DNA of 64,000 nucleotides, taken from the NCBI GenBank assembly GCA_030704615.1, contig CM060734.1:9052001-9116000 (forward strand). The letters are read 5' to 3'. Both the position numbers and the translations under genes were made by a program. The stretch's first letter is position 1, and each line of letters starts with the position of its first letter. Under the pieces are notes generated by a model that made no database searches, was not told the origin of the DNA, and saw only the letters and a list, made by a program, of their open reading frames with translations. Positions 60,931 to 64,000 of the stretch are shown piece after piece. This DNA is from Takakia lepidozioides (lineage: Eukaryota > Plantae > Bryophyta).

Positions 60931-61441
60931 AATTTAAGAATAATGATTTAAAAATGACCTCAACTATTGGCGGATGGAGTAATTTATAAAACAATTCATT
61001 CATTTGCCAAGGTGTCGCTTGGAATACAACGTGTCTACCTACGTGGCATATTTTTCACCTAACTCATGTTTTACTGATTTTTCGGCAAAACTGACGTGAC
61101 GTTGGTCGCGTCAGCGTCAGGTCCGACGTGACGTGACGTCACTGACGTGTGCAACCCTGAGTATGAGTTATGTGAACTTGGAGAGTGGAGTGCCGATACG
61201 TTCAAAAATGTTGGGAACTAGTTCTTTGACCCCACACATAGACATTGTCACTGTGCGGTGACATGGCCAGAGGTTTTAAGGAACCGGATTTTTTTCCAAG
61301 TTGTAAGCAATGTGAATGTTATCCACTTTGCGAGAAGGTTATCAAATTACTTCACATTTGCCAAGAAGGATGAGAGTGCTTAGGATTTGTAATTGAGAGT
61401 CTGTCAAGGTTCTAGGGTATCCCAAGTGTAGGGTTTGGCAT

Positions 61442-61699
61442 CTAAGTGTGCTCCTTCATGAACTCTGGATAACCATCTATCGGACAACACCACATACTGA
61501 TCCATTTATGTCCCAATTGACGATGTTTACATAGAATAGATAATTCTTTTATCCAGGCTTTAGTCACACTTTCTATTCGAACTAACTCTGCTTCATTGTA
61601 TGATAAACTCTTAAATATCCGAATCAATATTTCCCTTGGTAACCCAGGAATTAATTCTCGCTCAGTATCTTTATCGTCTCCATTTGTACACATTCTCAT
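61442..61699 (-). pseudogene. F-box protein gene fragment
   Basis: ELIPGLPREILIRIFKSLSY...RIESVTKAW fits the F-box consensus; early stop and hAT terminus just downstream. Confidence 0.6.
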
Positions 61700-62489
61700 T
61701 ATCTCACATAATTATAATTCTTTAGCCACTACATTCAGAATCAAATTCTCATTTCATTATTCCATAACCCAAAGTGAATTGAACTTTTTTTTTCTCCTTC
61801 TTCTCTTCTATTCATTCACGAACACAACATCACAAGAATGCAGTACTAATCTATCATTGAAGAATAACTCTATCTTCTAACTCCTACTTACTCACTTTAC
61901 TCTGCTCTGCTCTACTCTCCGGTCACGGTTCTCTGGCTCAACTGACACCGTCTGCTTCACATAAACGTAATATATAGCAGAGTGCTCCAACAACTTTGTC
62001 AAGTTATTTTACCACTAGTGTGAAACTAGCTAGGAAATAGCTAGCTTTTACATATTGACATTTGGGATTGGCCCAAGTGTCAATCCAGGGATCAAGGCAG
62101 ATTTAGGCCCTGGAGTGGTTATCTTCACGGCAAGTGCAGGAGGCTCATCTTTCTCGAGTTGAGCCTCACCGCGCCTAGCTATGGCGTCGTAGTGTGGATT
62201 CCCCATGGCGTGGGGTGCACTTGGCTTGACTTGTATTTGAGTGATGAGGTTATATATGCATGAGTTTATGCTTCAGCTTTGTGAACTCACATGAGCTTGT
62301 GCTTGTATTCTTCTTCTTTATCACTCGAGAAAGATGAGCTCGTATCTGTGAGTGCCAGATACGAGTTAGTTGTAGCACTTGTGGTTTTTGCTTGAGGATG
62401 AGAGAAACTAGGTTGTTATGCAAGGAGCACGTGGAGCCCTTGGTTGTTAGAAGCGGAGACGATGTGGGTTATGAGGTGGTAGACCTTGG

Positions 62490-62590
62490 CCATCACAGCC
62501 CCACAGGCCACAGGGCACAGGGCACAGCCTGTCACAACCCGCCACAGCCCGTCACAGCCCGTCACAGCCCCATCCATGGCCACTCATGAC
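62490..62590 (+). repeat. Degenerate CACAGCC repeats like those in the Gypsy LTRs
   Basis: cacagccc/gtcacagccc units. Confidence 0.6.
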
Positions 62591-63849
62591 AGTTTAGCCA
62601 TTTCTCCAAGGGGTTTAGCCACGCCAAGCTAGGGTTTGTGTCTCTTGGACTCTAGGCTTCTTTGCACCGAACTATGGTGGCTGTGAGGAAATCAACGAGG
62701 TATTCTTGCTCTTTGTGGCCCCCACGCACCACCAATAGTATCTCTAATTCCAAAGGAAGATGTTTGCAACCGAAACTAAGTGCACAAGCTTCCTTTTAAC
62801 TCACAAAAGAGCGCCATTGATCCCTATGGCGACTAACCAAACATGGCTGACTTCCAGCCCTTGTAGGCACTTATTCATGCGCTCTCCTTGGCCATAGAAT
62901 GTGTCTTAGAGCCTATTCCAGCCCCCTACACCTACCACTTCAAGAGCCATGCTCTATCTAGGCTTGTAGTTGAAACCCCAACTCAGAACACGATCTACAA
63001 GTGTCGGACTGTCACATAAGAGCAGATCAGCCCCTTACCTTCTCTTCTAGCTCTCCAAAGCTTTAAAGATGGAGGCCTAACTAGGCTGAATGCATGCTCC
63101 ACACATGCCCTACAGGGAAACCAACTCCTTCATTCATTTCTTGCACTCCCAAACCTGAAAATGCAAGCCTTCAATGAGCTGAAAGCACGCTCCACACATG
63201 CGTTGCCCTCACATAAGAGAAGTAAGCCCTTCCCTCTTCCTTGCTTGCCCTCCAAGCTTGAAGATGGAAGCTTCAATGGGCTGCATGCATGCTCCACACA
63301 TGCATCCTCTTCACACAAGAGGTAATATCAGCCCCATATCTTGGCTCCTTGGCTCCTTGATGCTCTCTAAGACAAGACTAAGCACTCCACAGCCTTTGCC
63401 AAGCTCTTGAAAACCTAAGGCTTACATTTCCAACCACTTCCTCTTGTGGTGCAAGAGCTCTTCTTCCAAGCTCTGAAACCCTAGGTGCACATTCCATGGC
63501 CTTGCCGCACCTCTTAGCTCATGTTCCAGCCCTGCTCTTGCCATGACAAGAGCCCTCTCAATGCTGAAGCTCGAGATTGAAACCCAATCTCAACATACTC
63601 CACAAAGTGCACTGATTTGCCCCGAGTCAAATCAGCCCTTTCGCTTGGTCTTGCAGTCCTTCACACAATGAAAGCTCGCATTCCCAAGTCCAGTTCTCAG
63701 CTTTGCCACCAAAGCCACTATAACCTGCTCTTGACTGGTCCTCTTCCCAATCGTGCTTGCTCATGCATGTACACAATCTGAAACCATCAAGGTGCTCTGG
63801 AATTACTTGCAGCATGGTGCTTTCATCTCTGAAGCTGAAGATCGAATGG

Positions 63850-64000
63850 ACTGTGATGGGCTGTGATAGGCTGTGACATGTGGCCTTTGGGGTTGTGATG
63901 GCCTGTGACCTGTGGCCTTGGGGGCTGTGAGGGGCTGTGACAGGCTGTGACCTGTGGCCTGTGGCTTGTGTGGGGTTGTGACGGCTGTGACCAGTGGTCT
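63850..64000 (-). repeat. Degenerate GGCTGTGA repeats (opposite orientation to 62490-62590)
   Basis: ggctgtgata/ggctgtgacc units to the window end. Confidence 0.6.

Larger units (their letters stand above)
57880..61159 (-). mobile_element. hAT DNA transposon, 3'-truncated
   Basis: 5' terminus CAGGGTTGCACACG at 61159, subterminal repeats and transposase. No matching 3' TIR found. Confidence 0.85.

Overview
Eukaryotic, almost certainly non-seed land-plant DNA (inference from a PLS-class PPR remnant, GT-AG introns and the TE families). The window is nearly all nested, decayed transposons. (1) Two degenerate copies of an intron-containing gene with a ParB/Srx-like N-terminal domain (reconstructed VWDGNHR) and a C-terminal beta-class amino-DNA-methyltransferase-like domain (DIPD in place of DPPY). 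They sit beside dense arrays of GGCGCC-centred palindromes and appear to be cargo of large Mutator-like (DDE + SWIM) transposons. (2) One complete 13-kb Ty3/Gypsy element (8831-21869, TSD GCTTC) with extra 5' and 3' ORFs, and a second, scrambled and chimeric copy. (3) Two Mutator-like transposase families. (4) A non-LTR retrotransposon remnant with chromodomain, PCIF1-like methyltransferase motif, RNase H, CCHC and restriction-like endonuclease, inserted into a PPR gene. (5) A hAT element and an F-box fragment. Between about 33 and 57 kb the elements are cut by four inversions whose breakpoints can be paired from the sequence. All domain calls are motif recognition by eye; no searches were run.
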